DNA of 64,000 nucleotides from Azolla caroliniana (taxonomy: Eukaryota; Plantae; Polypodiophyta): NCBI GenBank assembly GCA_043228905.1, contig JBHGNT010000004.1:19654001-19718000 (forward strand). The letters are read 5' to 3'. How positions within the stretch are numbered: position 1 is the first letter of the stretch; each line of letters begins with the position of its first letter. Under the pieces are notes generated by a model. The model made no database searches. It worked only from the letters and a program-made list of their open reading frames with translations, and was not told the DNA's origin. Position numbers and translations under genes: made by a program. Below, in pieces: positions 11,234 through 23,618 of the stretch.

Positions 11234-13762
11234 ATGATTTTCTCCCGATATTCATCTCACAGGACCATGAACCGCGTGAAACCTAATGTTCAGAGATTTT
11301 CCTTTGTATATATGCTAGACATTGGATACATTAAGTCTTTACTGCATCTATCTCTGAGTACATTTTGCTCCCGTACCCAGACTATGCCCTCTTTGCATAA
11401 TAAATCATCATGTTTTGATTCATTCCCTAGTTCAACACACAAATTTGAAGCTTTGGACGATGATAGATTGCTCAAATGGGCCCAAAATTACATGGAAAAC
11501 CACGGGACTGTGCTCTCAGATGAAGTATATCTCACCATCTTGAAGGCTTGCGTTAAGAAGAAGTCCCTTATTACTGCAAAAAAGTTGCAATCACATATTA
11601 TATCTTTAAGAAGTAAATCGAGTGAGATTCTATGCCTTATAAACGAGCACTTAATTTTAGCTCTAGCCAAATGTGGTGCTATTGATGATGCCATTGATGT
11701 GTTTGATGGATTGTGTGTTCGCACTGTATTCTCATGGACTGCCATAATTTCGGGCTTCATGGAGAATGGTCGATATCTTGAATCACTTCATGCACATGAA
11801 TATATGCAAGTAGAAGGAGTAGAACCAGATCGGTTCACTTTCATCAGTCTTTTCCAGGCATGTGGGAACTTATCCAACCTTGAGAAAGGGAAGGAATTAC
11901 ACACTCTAGCCAAGAAGAAGGGGTTATCTTCTAATGTCTTTGTTGGAAATACACTTGTGAATATGTATGGAAAATGTGGTTCTATTCCTGATGCCGAATA
12001 TGCATTCTCTGGGCTGGTGTGTCGGAGCGTTGTTTCATGGACAGCCATGATCTCAGCTTATGTCGGGAATGATTGTTTATATAAGGCATTATTACTTTAT
12101 AGACAAATGCGAGAAGATGGAGTGACCCCAAATAATCAAACATTTGCATGTCTATTTCATGCATGTGGTATACTTGCTGATATGGAAGGGTCATTTACTA
12201 ATACAATGGTCTTGAAAATTGGCATAGCATTGCATGTCGATGCATTGAGAGCGGGCTATTGTTCAGATCTATATGTTGGTACAACTCTTATTGGTATGTA
12301 TTCTAAGTGTAGAGTAATAGAATTTGCTGAAAGTGTATTCACTACATTGTCCAAGCATAATGTTGCATCATGGACAGCCATGCTTTCAGCATTTGTGGAG
12401 CAAGATCAGGGTGATAAGGCTTTACTTCTGTATAGACAGATGTGCGAGGAAGGAGTTAGACCGAACGAGCACACCCTTGTTTCTCTCCTTCAAGCATGTT
12501 GTACTATCGTCGAGAAAGAAAAACAATTCCCAGAGGGGCAAATCATGAAAGAAAGAACCTTGTATATAGGCCAATCAATACATGCAGACATCCGGAACAA
12601 TAGATTTCCTTTAGATTCTTTCCTTGGAAATACCCTCTTACGAATGTATGGGAAGCATGAATCTATTAGAGAAGCAGAGACTGTGCTTGTTAGTGTATTG
12701 CACCGAACGGTCGTATCATGGACATCAATGATCCTATCGTATGTGGAACAAGGCCAAGCAAAGAAGGCTTTACTATCCTACAGGCAGATGCATGAGGAAG
12801 GCATACAACCAAATCAGTTGACATTTGTAACTGCCCTTCAAGCTTGTGGGATTCTCGCGGATTTGACTTTGGATAAGCAAAAGCATATGAGAAATGTGTG
12901 CCTGAGCATATGTCAATCACTACAAGATGATGTTCAAAGAATGGGTTTTTCTTCAGACCTTTTTATTGTCACTAGTCTTTTGATAGCATATGGTAAGTGT
13001 GGATCTCTGTCACAAGTGGAAGAAGTATTTTATGGATCTTCTCGATCCGATAATGTGATGTGGAATGCAATGCTCTCGACCTTAGTTGAACAAAGCCAGA
13101 GTGAAAAAGCCTTACAACTATATAAAAGCATGAAAAACGAGGAAATGCCACTGGATGATATCACAATCATTACCGTTTTACAAGCTTGTAGTGAAGCAAG
13201 TAGTGTAGAATCGTGTAGAGAACTTCATTTTAATATTGTTTCAAATGTTATACAAGCATGCCCTCCTGTGGCTAGCTCTCTTATTCATGCATATGGAAGA
13301 TGTGCAAGTAGAACTGATGCAGAAGCAGTTTACGATGAACTAACACTACCAGATATTGTGTCATCAAATGCATTGATGGCTATCTATGCATGGGAAGGGA
13401 ATGGTGATGCCAGCCTTACTATGCTACAAGATGTTCTTCTAATGGGATTGAAACCAGATGCTAGCACTTTTGCACCCCTTCTATCTGCATGCAATCATGA
13501 TGGAAGTGTTAAAGAAGGCATTGAATTTATGAAATGCATGAAGCAAGATTATGATATCAATCCGGATTTGAAGCATTATTTAAACATTGCAGATCTCGTT
13601 GGTCGCGCAGGGGATTTTAACCGATTTGAAGACATTCGTTGGAGATTGTCTGTGCCAGATAATGTCACAATCAGGCCATGTGTGTATGACCATGGAAATG
13701 TGGATCTTAAGACATGTGTATATGACCATGGAGACTTCATTAATCACAATTTGAAGATTTGA
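11234..13762 (+). CDS. PLS-class pentatricopeptide repeat protein with long-L motifs, truncated E region, no DYW
   Basis: 842-aa single ORF with repeated VSWTAMISAY..G....AL.LY.QM...GV.P..TF..L..ACG and NTLVNMYGKCGS motifs. It ends after PDLKHYLNIADLVGRAGDF. The true start codon may be a downstream Met. Confidence 0.9.
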   Translation: MIFSRYSSHRTMNRVKPNVQRFSFVYMLDIGYIKSLLHLSLSTFCSRTQTMPSLHNKSSCFDSFPSSTHKFEALDDDRLLKWAQNYMENHGTVLSDEVYLTILKACVKKKSLITAKKLQSHIISLRSKSSEILCLINEHLILALAKCGAIDDAIDVFDGLCVRTVFSWTAIISGFMENGRYLESLHAHEYMQVEGVEPDRFTFISLFQACGNLSNLEKGKELHTLAKKKGLSSNVFVGNTLVNMYGKCGSIPDAEYAFSGLVCRSVVSWTAMISAYVGNDCLYKALLLYRQMREDGVTPNNQTFACLFHACGILADMEGSFTNTMVLKIGIALHVDALRAGYCSDLYVGTTLIGMYSKCRVIEFAESVFTTLSKHNVASWTAMLSAFVEQDQGDKALLLYRQMCEEGVRPNEHTLVSLLQACCTIVEKEKQFPEGQIMKERTLYIGQSIHADIRNNRFPLDSFLGNTLLRMYGKHESIREAETVLVSVLHRTVVSWTSMILSYVEQGQAKKALLSYRQMHEEGIQPNQLTFVTALQACGILADLTLDKQKHMRNVCLSICQSLQDDVQRMGFSSDLFIVTSLLIAYGKCGSLSQVEEVFYGSSRSDNVMWNAMLSTLVEQSQSEKALQLYKSMKNEEMPLDDITIITVLQACSEASSVESCRELHFNIVSNVIQACPPVASSLIHAYGRCASRTDAEAVYDELTLPDIVSSNALMAIYAWEGNGDASLTMLQDVLLMGLKPDASTFAPLLSACNHDGSVKEGIEFMKCMKQDYDINPDLKHYLNIADLVGRAGDFNRFEDIRWRLSVPDNVTIRPCVYDHGNVDLKTCVYDHGDFINHNLKI

Positions 13763-15947
13763 GTGGTTAAAGCTTCTAAAGAGGACTAATTGTATGATGG
13801 TGTTTGAACGTTCAAGTTTTTGGATTATATCACAATCCCTGTCAATCTATAGTCAATGTTCTCGGATTCATCGCTTAATCAAGACATTGATGATGGAAAG
13901 GCCATCGCGTCGAGATTCTTCATCCTTCCAATGCTGATGGTCAACACGATTTGAAGATGTGGCTATCTGATTACATAGTGCTCAAGGTAATGAACAAATC
14001 GGAGTTTCAATAAATCAATCATCCATATATTGCAACAATGGAAGACTTGGCTATGTGATTACTTAGTATTGGAGGTATTGAACAAATCAGAATTCTACAA
14101 ATCAATCATCCATGTATTCATGTTTAATGGAAGTTCTTGATGTGGCTAGAGAAACTAAGTTTTCCCTCATTTTGACACAGGTGCTCAGACGTTTGGTTGG
14201 AGTGTGGCAAAATTACAACTTTACTCGGAAATGGTATTTAGATTTCCTTAAATGCTATTGTATTAATGCATCTAACAATTAAGATGTGCTTAACATAAGA
14301 AAAAGAAATCTGGATTTATTCCATACAGACTGACACGTAAAAGTAGTGGTGATTTTTTTATCAATTTCCATTCATTCCTTTCTGTGGTATGTATTTCCAA
14401 TGTGACATGTGTACATTGCTGATTTATAAAAATGCAGATCTACTGCAGGCCCATTGCAGAATTTATTGTTCCTAGCTACATTATTGGAAATATGTGATCA
14501 GATCTAATCATTTTGATCTTAGCTCGTGCATAAGATCAAGGAAGGAGGAAAAATGGTTTTACAGGGCATTATCTGATCCATTGAGATTCAATAACACTTG
14601 TTTCCGATAGTAACTCCTTTTTACTCTGTCTCCAAGATGCCTTAATTGTGTACTTCAGTCAATCATCTCTTCAATTGTTGTATTAAAATATGCTCAATTA
14701 TGTATAATTCCATTCTTACATGAATCGTGAGGTATGATCATGTTCACATTGATGTCTAGTTGCTTGTACCAGTATATATTGGTGAGCCACAGCATCTTCT
14801 CAAGGTTTGGAGATTTATAACTCCAGTGCCACTAGGAGCTGTAGTTTTTTTCTGTTCCTCTTCTTGTTCTCATCTTTTTAATTGCGCTTCTTCCGCTTTT
14901 GTTATGGTATATGTACGACATTCCGTTGATTTTTTTTGCCAATTCTGGTTTTCGATGTCAATCAATCCATGAAAACATTTAACTCAGTCATAAGAATTTG
15001 CTAACGAAGGATACTTAAATATTCATAACTTGATCATAGAGCAGTAAGCATGCCCATCTCAATATAGTTAGTTTCTCAAAATTTGCGGCATGATGACTCT
15101 ATGAGATGGGTCTAGTTTTGAGACTAGAAATGAAATCTTCTTTCATGTTTTTATGATGTATTTCTACCTCCACAGAGGTCATTCTGTAGCTCAACACATT
15201 GCTGGATGCTTACATTTGGAATAGAATGAAGGCTTTTTTACTTGATTGAGGTGAGGTGTGAATCTTCTAGCTAAAAAGCCTGAACTCATGTTGCTTTGCC
15301 AATCATGGCACCAATAACTTGAAATTCATTTTCTTATATATTGTTTGTGCATGGTAAAAAAAAAAGAATCAGGAAATCTTTGTCAACTATGTAATATACC
15401 CATTGGTGATGGGATATGTTTTTCTAAGGTTTTTGATCGAGGTCTCTAACAAGTAGTTGCCTTCAATATTGTGATTGGGTATCACATTTTGGCTTCTAAC
15501 CAATAAGATTTACATTTGACGTAATTGGTTTCCTTTGAAAGCTTTACAATTTTGTGTATAAGGTTCCCATTCTCTCTTATTGACTTCAAGACAATCATTC
15601 CCTTCTTATCCTCTCTTATGATCCATCTTTGTTACTTTGTTATTAGAAGACAATATCATCATTTATTTAAATTCTTCCTTGTTTTGTAACAACAATGCTT
15701 ATTAAATATAGATGGTTAGGCCCGTCATGAATTTCGCTTTGTTTTATAAGAAATTTGAAATAGGAAAGCACAACTTGAAATTGGTCTCTCTTTATTACTT
15801 TGCAAACAATAAAATGGTAAACATAGATGAAGAGGATGATAAAATACATACACATACACAACCGAGTCAAATTACTAGTAAGTTGCACACGCATGTGGTC
15901 ATCAAATGTCATGCTTGAACTTTTTGATGGAATGAAGCATTATTGTT

Positions 15948-15996
15948 AATAATAGCGTAATGGCAAATTCATCCCAAAGTAACCAGTGATTAACGA
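15948..15996 (+). repeat. Isolated fragment of the tRNA-array spacer (3' end)
   Basis: aataatagcgtaatggcaaattcatcccaaagtaaccagtgattaac matches spacer ends such as 9968-10025 and 9431-9475. Confidence 0.7.
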
Positions 15997-16594
15997 TGTA
16001 GTCGCGATATTCCGTGCCTTGGGAATCGGCTCGGGCGGAACCACTGGGGTTTTGGACTAAGGAACCTAAAGATGAGCGGCTACAAAGCTTTCCATGGCCA
16101 ATTCGGCCTGGTTATCGAAAGGCATATACTAAATGCAGGGCTTGGACATCGGATTCCAGAAGATGAGTACACGGGCTCTGAATCACAATGGATAAATGCA
16201 GAACAAGGGAGAGCAAACACCTTCCTATACACCGCAGACAAGATACAAATAATCACACAACTGAGGGAGAGACCAACACAAGGGCCATAGTGAGAGCACC
16301 CAAATACAACAATACCAGTTAATCGATTAAAGATATAGAAAGAATATAAGGAGATGGCTTTAGGCCGGTTAACAGAGCTTCGAGCTTGATATACGCGCAA
16401 ACAAGTGAGCCTCTAGTCAGTAGCACACGGGATTCCTACTCGAGCAGAGGCCTCACACCACCAATCTAGTTGAGCAGAACAAAAACCTAAAACACTCGAC
16501 AACCCAAACCGACAACACCTTCCCCTCTCAAAAAACCAATCCCCCCCCCCCCCTATCGCAAACACACTAAGCGCGGACTAGGACGGAGCACGGA
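15997..16594. mobile_element. Probable partial LTR of an unclassified element
   Basis: Abrupt start with TGTAG and a compositional shift; no coding homology recognised. The other end is not seen. Confidence 0.35.
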
Positions 16595-17130
16595 TGACAA
16601 GGCTACGAGGAACTTAAGAAGCTAGGAATGACATAAGAGAATGAAGACAAAGATGAAGAAGGAGACAAGATGGAATGAAACGAGAACACTAGATTGATGT
16701 GTCAATGACTGGTGTTGAATGCCTTGAAAGGGACCAAGGATGTTACAAGTATTTATACAATTTCCGAGATTGAATATCTCTATAATATACTCGTGAAATA
16801 TCTCGAGAATATACACGTTTAGAATATGCCACCAAAATAATTCTAGAATATACTAACAATTAGAATATTCTCGAATGTACTATACACTAGACTCTACAAT
16901 ATATACAAGTTTACACACACAATCAAATGTGGACAGTTCACAAGAGTTTCTATATGGTTAACACATCACAATGTACTGTGTGTGTTAAAAGTCAAAGGTT
17001 CGAGTCTAGACTGTGACATTATCCCCCCTCTTACGCCGCCTTCCCAAACTGGTCATTGGCTTAAGGGGATACTATTGATGAAAATCTTAAATCCTAAACA
17101 AGGAGTAACCCTTCTAGAAGACGAGGTATT
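16595..17130 (-). mobile_element. 3' end of a chromovirus-type Ty3/gypsy element: chromodomain scrap, PPT, 3' LTR (about 16595-17018)
   Basis: Minus strand reads QYLVF*KGY...DFHQ*YPLKP, then PPT AAGAGGGGGGATAA, then TGTCACA. The LTR is homologous, in inverted orientation, to the solo LTR at 45108-45489. Confidence 0.75.
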
Positions 17131-18165
17131 GAACACCAACGGGCATGACCATGTGCGGTCCTCGCCTAGGATTGGAACACGGGTGTGAGCGACCATGTGT
17201 GGTTCTCACGGGGAGCACAAACACCAACGGCCATGAGCGACCATATGCGGTCCTCGTCGAGAACTGGAACACGAATACCAACAGGTGTGAGTGACCATGT
17301 GTGGTCACCAACAAGCATGAGAGACTATGTCGGTCCTCGTCGAGAGTTGGAACATGACCACCAACGGGCATGAGCGACCATGTGTGGTCCTCACTAGGAA
17401 CTAGAACATGAACATCATCAGGCATCAACAACCATGTCGGTCCTCGTCGGGATTTGCAACACGAACAATAGTTGGAGTGAGCGACCATGTGCGGTCCTCA
17501 CCAAAGATTGGAACGTGTAAAAATACCAACGGGTGCGAGTGACCATATGCAGTCCTCACAAGAGATTGGAACAAGAATACCAACGGGTGCGAGTGATTGT
17601 GTGCGGTCCTCATAGCGAACACGAACACCAACGGGCATGAGAGAACATGTCAGTGCTCTCTGAGAGTTGGAACACGAACGCCAACGAGCGTGAGCGACCA
17701 TGCGGCCCTCACCGAGAACTCAAACACGAACGGACGTGAGTGACCATGTGCCCCTCACCGAGACTTGAACATGAACAGACGTGAGCGACCATGCGGCCGT
17801 CACCAAGAACTCGAACACGAACAGACGTGAGTGACTATGCAACCCTCAGCAAGAGTTGGAACAAGAACAGACGTGAGAGACCATGTGCGGTCCTCACCAG
17901 ATATTAGAACATGAATACCAACGGGCGCAAGTGACCATGTGTGTTCCTCATAGTGAACACGAACACCAACGGGCGTGAGCGACCACCCTCACCAAAAGTT
18001 GGAACAAGAATAGACGTGAGTGACAATGTGTGGCCCTCATCGGGAACTGGAACGTGAGCGACCATGTGCGGTCCTCATCGAAAACACGAACAGGCATGAG
18101 CCACCATGTAGCCAACACCCCGAACTCGAACACAAACGGACGTGAGCGACCATGTGGCCCTCACC
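17131..18165. repeat. Degenerate ~50-60-bp minisatellite (roughly 18-20 units)
   Basis: Recurrent aacacgaacaccaacgggcgtgagcgaccatgtgcggtcctcaccgagagttgg variants. Confidence 0.9.
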
Positions 18166-20019
18166 TAGAAGATTCTGGACAACAAAAACACCTTAGCAAT
18201 CACCGCGAGCGAGGAGGAGCTACTCTTCATCAACGAAAGTACGAAGCTAATCTTGTCGGCGAAGTATCAACAGGGCTGGTCGATTCCGGTGCATCGTTTC
18301 ACCTGATCCCCAACACAAAATGCTTCTCATCATATACGGTTGGTGATCACGGATATGTGAAGATGGTAAATGGCAGTGCATGCAAAATAACCGGAATCGA
18401 AGAGGTACGTTTGCTGACATCAATAGGTTGCAGAATGGTATTGAAGGATGTGCGCCATGCTCCAGACATCTGATTGAATCTGATATCTCGACCGAATGAC
18501 TCGGTGGCGAAGGTAAAGGTGGTACCTTCGGAAACGGCACCTGGAAATTCTGCAAGGGAAACCTTATTGTGGTTCGTGCCTGGAAGCAAAGTACACTAGA
18601 TGTGATGCACTCATGGTTGAACCGGAATGAGGTAAATGTGGCAGCTGCCACAGTCGGTAAGCTGTGGCATAAGAGGCTGTGCCACATGAGTTAGAATGGC
18701 ATGCAGATGCTAATTGAAAAGGAACTCCTGTCAGAGGTGAAGAAAGTGCATTTGGACAAATGCCCCGATTGCCTAGTCGGAAAACAGAATAGGACCACCT
18801 TTTGCCCCAGACACTTTGGAACATGTGAATACGGATGTATGCCAAGTTGATGCAAAGTCACATGCCGGTGCACAATATTTTGTGACCTTCATAAATGTCT
18901 ATAGCCGGAAATTGTGGGTTTCCACACTAAAGACAAAGGACAAGGTGTTGTCCATCTTCAAAGAATTCTAAGCAAGAACGAAAAGAGAATTCGAAGAAAA
19001 GTTGAAGGCTATCCGAACGGATAATGGAGGGGAGTATAGAGGGCAGTTCGAGAAATACTATCGGGTTCAAGGTATCCATCTGGAATACACAGTGCCAAAG
19101 ACTCCAGAACTAAATGGAATGGCCGAAAGGATGAACTGGATCGTGATGGAGAGGGTCTGATGTATGTTAAGTTGTTGAAAACCTATTGGGCTAAGTCTTT
19201 GAAGACGGTTATCTATGTGATAAACAAGTCTACCTTGGTTCCCTTAGAAGGTGATATCCCATAGAGGGTGTGGAGTGGGAAGGTCATGTCATACCGACAT
19301 CTGAGGGTGTTCGGTTGCCTAACATATGTACTCATTACTAAGGGCCGGAGAAGAAAGCTAGATCCTAAGAGCAGGTCATGTATCTTCCTGGAGTACGACG
19401 AAGATGAATTTGGTTACTAGCTATGGGACCTGATAGACAATAAGGTTATCAGGAGACGAGACATAGTCGTCATGGACGATAAGACTATCACCGACTGGGA
19501 GACGAAGAAGAAGGGATCATCCTCCAAGTCAACCGAAAGAGAGCAATTGGATGTAATAAGTACCCAACTGGATGGAAACCGAATTCTAGCCAAAGAACAA
19601 AGAGAACCAGCCGGATTCAGCCAAGGAACCGAATCGACCGAAAGAGAACCAGAAGTAAGATCAGAGCATGGATCCGAATCGGATTCAGATGAGGAGTCGA
19701 TTGAAGGGGAAGATGTAGAATCATCGGTAGATATCCTCTTAGAGAGAGAAGGGCCCCCTGTAGGTTTCCGGATGAAGAGCATGTACTCTTAACTAATGAG
19801 GGGGAGCCAGAAAGCATTGAGGAAGCAAAGAAGGATACCCACAAAGGAAAGTGGTTGAGTGCCATGTAAGATGAAATGGATTCCCTGCATGAAAACCATA
19901 CGTATGAGCTCATGGAGTTGCCGAAAGGAAAGAAGGTGCTCTTGAACCAGTGGGTGTACAAGTTCAAATTGGGAGATGGCAAGAATCCACCCAGATACAA
20001 AGCCCCAATTGTGGTGAAA

Positions 20020-23000
20020 AACACGTTTGCGTTCACAAGTGGAAGGATAAGGAATATTCCATTTGATTTTGGGGTTTTTTTTTTCCATTTCACAAAACAC
20101 CTTGATACTGGTATCACATGTTCTCTAAAACTTGATGAAAAAGTTGAAAATTTCACCATTTGGTAAAATTGAAAAATGCCAAATTTTGGTCAAATACGAA
20201 AAGTGTATTTTTAAAGAAAAATGACAACTAATAAGTTTTTAGATCTTAACGAAATCAAATGCAAAGGATTTCAAAACAATGAACGTTTTTATTTCATTCG
20301 ATAAAATGTTGTCTAAATTTGTTACACATAGTTGCACAACAAATATATTTGGGAGTTATTTGCATAAATGTCATCATTCTTTTCATGAGAATCACTACTA
20401 TAGATAATATACAATTGTGACTCTTCCTCCTCATTTTCAAATGTACCAATCAAATAATTGTCTTCACCAAATGGTGTCTCCAAATTGTGTGCAATAAATC
20501 TTCTTCACCTTCAATCTGAGATATCTTCTAGACTTGGTAATATCTCTTTTATTATGTATATCGTTGTTGTCCTTAAACATCCAACTTTTGTCAGTGTAAA
20601 GTCATACACAATGATATCCACCTAACTAATCTCAATGATAGATGTATTACAAAGGTTTAATGCATCATCACGTCCAAAACTTTACCAATGCAGAAATGGT
20701 ACCCTAGCTCATGGCCATCTACCTGTATAGTTATTAATATCCCCACCTTGAGTTCTTGTAAGTTTCCTTGTCACTTGAGTTATGCTCGTGTTGTCATCCT
20801 TTGTTCCACATAAATGTTTCTTTGTTGTAGATGAACCAAACTATGAAGATCAACATTAAGTGCTTGAAGTGGTCATTGAGAACCACGAGAATACTTTATA
20901 AACCATGCAAATGACATTTGCAAGGTTCAATTACTATCAACACCATTATTAATGGATTTTTGTTAATCAATGATGCACATGTTCACCATAACGTATCTTG
21001 TTATGCAACATACTTCTTTGCACTATCGATATGCATCTTTTTCTCTTCTAAAAACAAAGATTTTAGTACGATTCAAGTTCCTGTTTAAAAAACCTCTTTT
21101 ATTTGAAAAACAAGAAGATTTTTAAACATGAACTCGATATGTTGTATCGAGTTGATGTAAAAAACAGAGTTTTGATCATAATTCCATTCAATGTATTGAA
21201 TTCATATTTAAAGTTTTTTTTACTGGATTTAAAAAAAATTAATAATAATAATTTTAGCTTGAGTTCATATAAAAACCAGATTTTTCATCACAATTCGATA
21301 CAATGTATCGAGTTCATGTTTAAAGTATATTTTCTAAAAAAAATTCAATTTGTTTTGATTTTTTTCAATTTTTTTTAACATGAATTCGATACATTGTATC
21401 AACTTGTGATGAAAAATTTGGTTTTTTCATCATTTATTAAAGCTCAAAAAAAAATTCAAAAAACCAAAATAAATAGAAAAAAAGCAAAATTTTTTAAAAA
21501 CAAAAAAAAAGAAGCTTTAAACAAGTTAGCTTTTTAACATGAACTCGATACATTGTATAGAGTTCGTGTAGAAAAGTCGACTTTTTAACACGAACGCGAT
21601 ACAATGTATCGAGTTCGTATTGGAAAATAGAGTTTTCAACATAAACTCGATACAATGTATCGAGTTCATGTTAAATAGTCGACTTTTATCAAGTTCGTGT
21701 AGAAAAGTCGACTTTTTAACACGAACTCAATACACGAGTTCGTATTGGAAAATAGAGTTTTCAACATAAACTTGATACAATGTATCGAGTTCGGGCTGAA
21801 ACGTTTTCAACACGAACTTGATACATTGTATCAAGTTCGTGTCAAAAAGTCAACTTTTCTACACGAACTCGATACAATGTATCGAGTTCGTGTTAAAAAG
21901 TGGACTTTTATCGAGTTCGTGTAGAAAAGTTGACTTTTTAACACGAACTCGATACAATGTGTATCGAGTTCGTATTGGAAAATAGAGTTTTCAACATAAA
22001 CTCAATACAATGTATTGAGTTCATGTTGAAACGTTTTCAACACGAACTCGATACATTGTATCGAGTTTGTGTCAAAAAGTCAACTTTTCTACACGAACTC
22101 GATACATTGTATCGAGTTTGTGTCAAAAAGTCAACTTTTCTACACGAACTCGATACATTGTATCGAGTTCATGTAAAAAAGTGATGCAGGGGCAAACAAG
22201 AGCGCCCACGTGAACCAAAACGCTCATAGCCTTCTCATATGATATAGGATTTTAGAGTTCAAATAGTTGGTTCAAAGACAATGTATCGAGTTCGTGTTGA
22301 AAAGCTAACTTTTTGACATAAACTCGATACAATGTATCGAGTTCATGTTTAAAGCTTTATTTGGGGTTTTTTAAAACAATTGCTTTTTTTCTAATTATTT
22401 TGGTTTTTTGTTTTTTTTTTAGCTTTAATAAATGATGAAAAAAACAGATTTTTCATCACAAGTCGATACAATGTATCGAATTCATGTTTAAATTTATTTT
22501 TTTCCATAAATAAATTTTAAAGAAATCAAATTTTTTTGAAAAACAATTGAAAACAAATTAGAAAAATATACTTTAAACATGAACTCGATACATTGTATCG
22601 AATTGTGATGAAAAATCCGGTTTTTATATGAACTCAAGCTCAACTTATTATTATTATTAATTTCTTTTAAATCTGGTAAAAAAAACTTTGAACATGAATT
22701 CATTACATTGTCTGGAATTATGATCAAAATTCTGTTTTTTACATCAACTTGATACAACATATCGAGTTCATGTTTAAAAAACTTCTTGTTTTTCCAATAC
22801 ATGAGGTTTTTTAAACATGAACTCAAATTATGCTGAAATCTATGTTTTTACAAGAGAAAAAGATGCATATCGATATTGCAAAAATGTATGTTGCACAACA
22901 AGATACCTTATGGTGAACATGTGCTTCATTGATTAGCAAAAAACCATTAATAATTGTATTGATGGTAATTGAACTTCGCAAATGTCATTTACTTAACAAA

Positions 23001-23618
23001 TTTTGTAGGGGAATTCTCAAAAGGAAGAAGAGAATAACATTGTAGATACCCTGATAAGTGTGTGATATGTTCAAATTGATATATTAATGTTCACATCTAA
23101 AGTTTCACTGTTTTGACATTTTATTAATATCATCTACATTTTAGGAGTTGTGGAATTATCAAAATTGTTTATGAATATTGTCTACATTTCTTGAGTTGTG
23201 AATTTATGGATATTAATGAGCACTAAATTTATAGATGATGACATTAAGGATTGCAATGTTACCTCTTATACTTAAAACATTTTCAAGTGTAACAAAAGAT
23301 GTAATCTTAATCTCATCAGGATGGTGAAACCATTCATCTTAATTTGTGCCTTGAGCTAACCATTGTGATTTTCTTTAAGTTAACTACATTTCATATTTGC
23401 AAACCATCAACATTTAAACATTTACTAAAAACTATTCAATTTTAGAAATTATCATTTTGAAACTTGTTAAATCTCAAAAAATTAGCAAATTTTACATGCT
23501 ATTTAAAACATGTGATACTGGTGTATCAAGTTTTTGAAAATTGTCTAAAATCTCAAGATTATAAAAGGAATCTATAAATGGAATGTGCGATCCTTCCACT
23601 TGTGAACGCGAACGTGTT
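20020..23618. mobile_element. Non-autonomous TIR DNA transposon (~3.6 kb), 4-bp TSD GAAA, superfamily unassigned
   Basis: 29-bp TIR AACACGTTTGCGTTCACAAGTGGAAGGAT / ATCCTTCCACTTGTGAACGCGAACGTGTT (1 mismatch). GAAA flanks both sides (20016-20019, 23619-23622). Removing the element and one GAAA restores the copia RT frame (IVVK-VFQ*KKGVDF). Confidence 0.88.
20909..22990. repeat. Internal foldback: ~670-bp inverted arms around tandem palindromes
   Basis: 20909-~21580 is the reverse complement of ~22278-22990 (ORFs 21103 + and 22494 - give near-identical peptides). The centre holds many copies of CACGAACTCGATACA(A/T)TGTATCGAGTTCGTG. Confidence 0.9.

Noticed and set aside
17114-18133. Several short ORFs in the minisatellite
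   Set aside because: Translations of tandem repeats with no protein family signal, except the terminal QYLVF chromodomain scrap.
21500-22350. Palindromic repeats separated by short linkers resemble a CRISPR array
   Set aside because: The linkers are short and themselves repeated rather than unique, there are no cas genes, and the context is eukaryotic and inside a TIR element.
21103-22826. Pair of similar ORFs on opposite strands
   Set aside because: They simply reflect the inverted arms of the AT-rich foldback.
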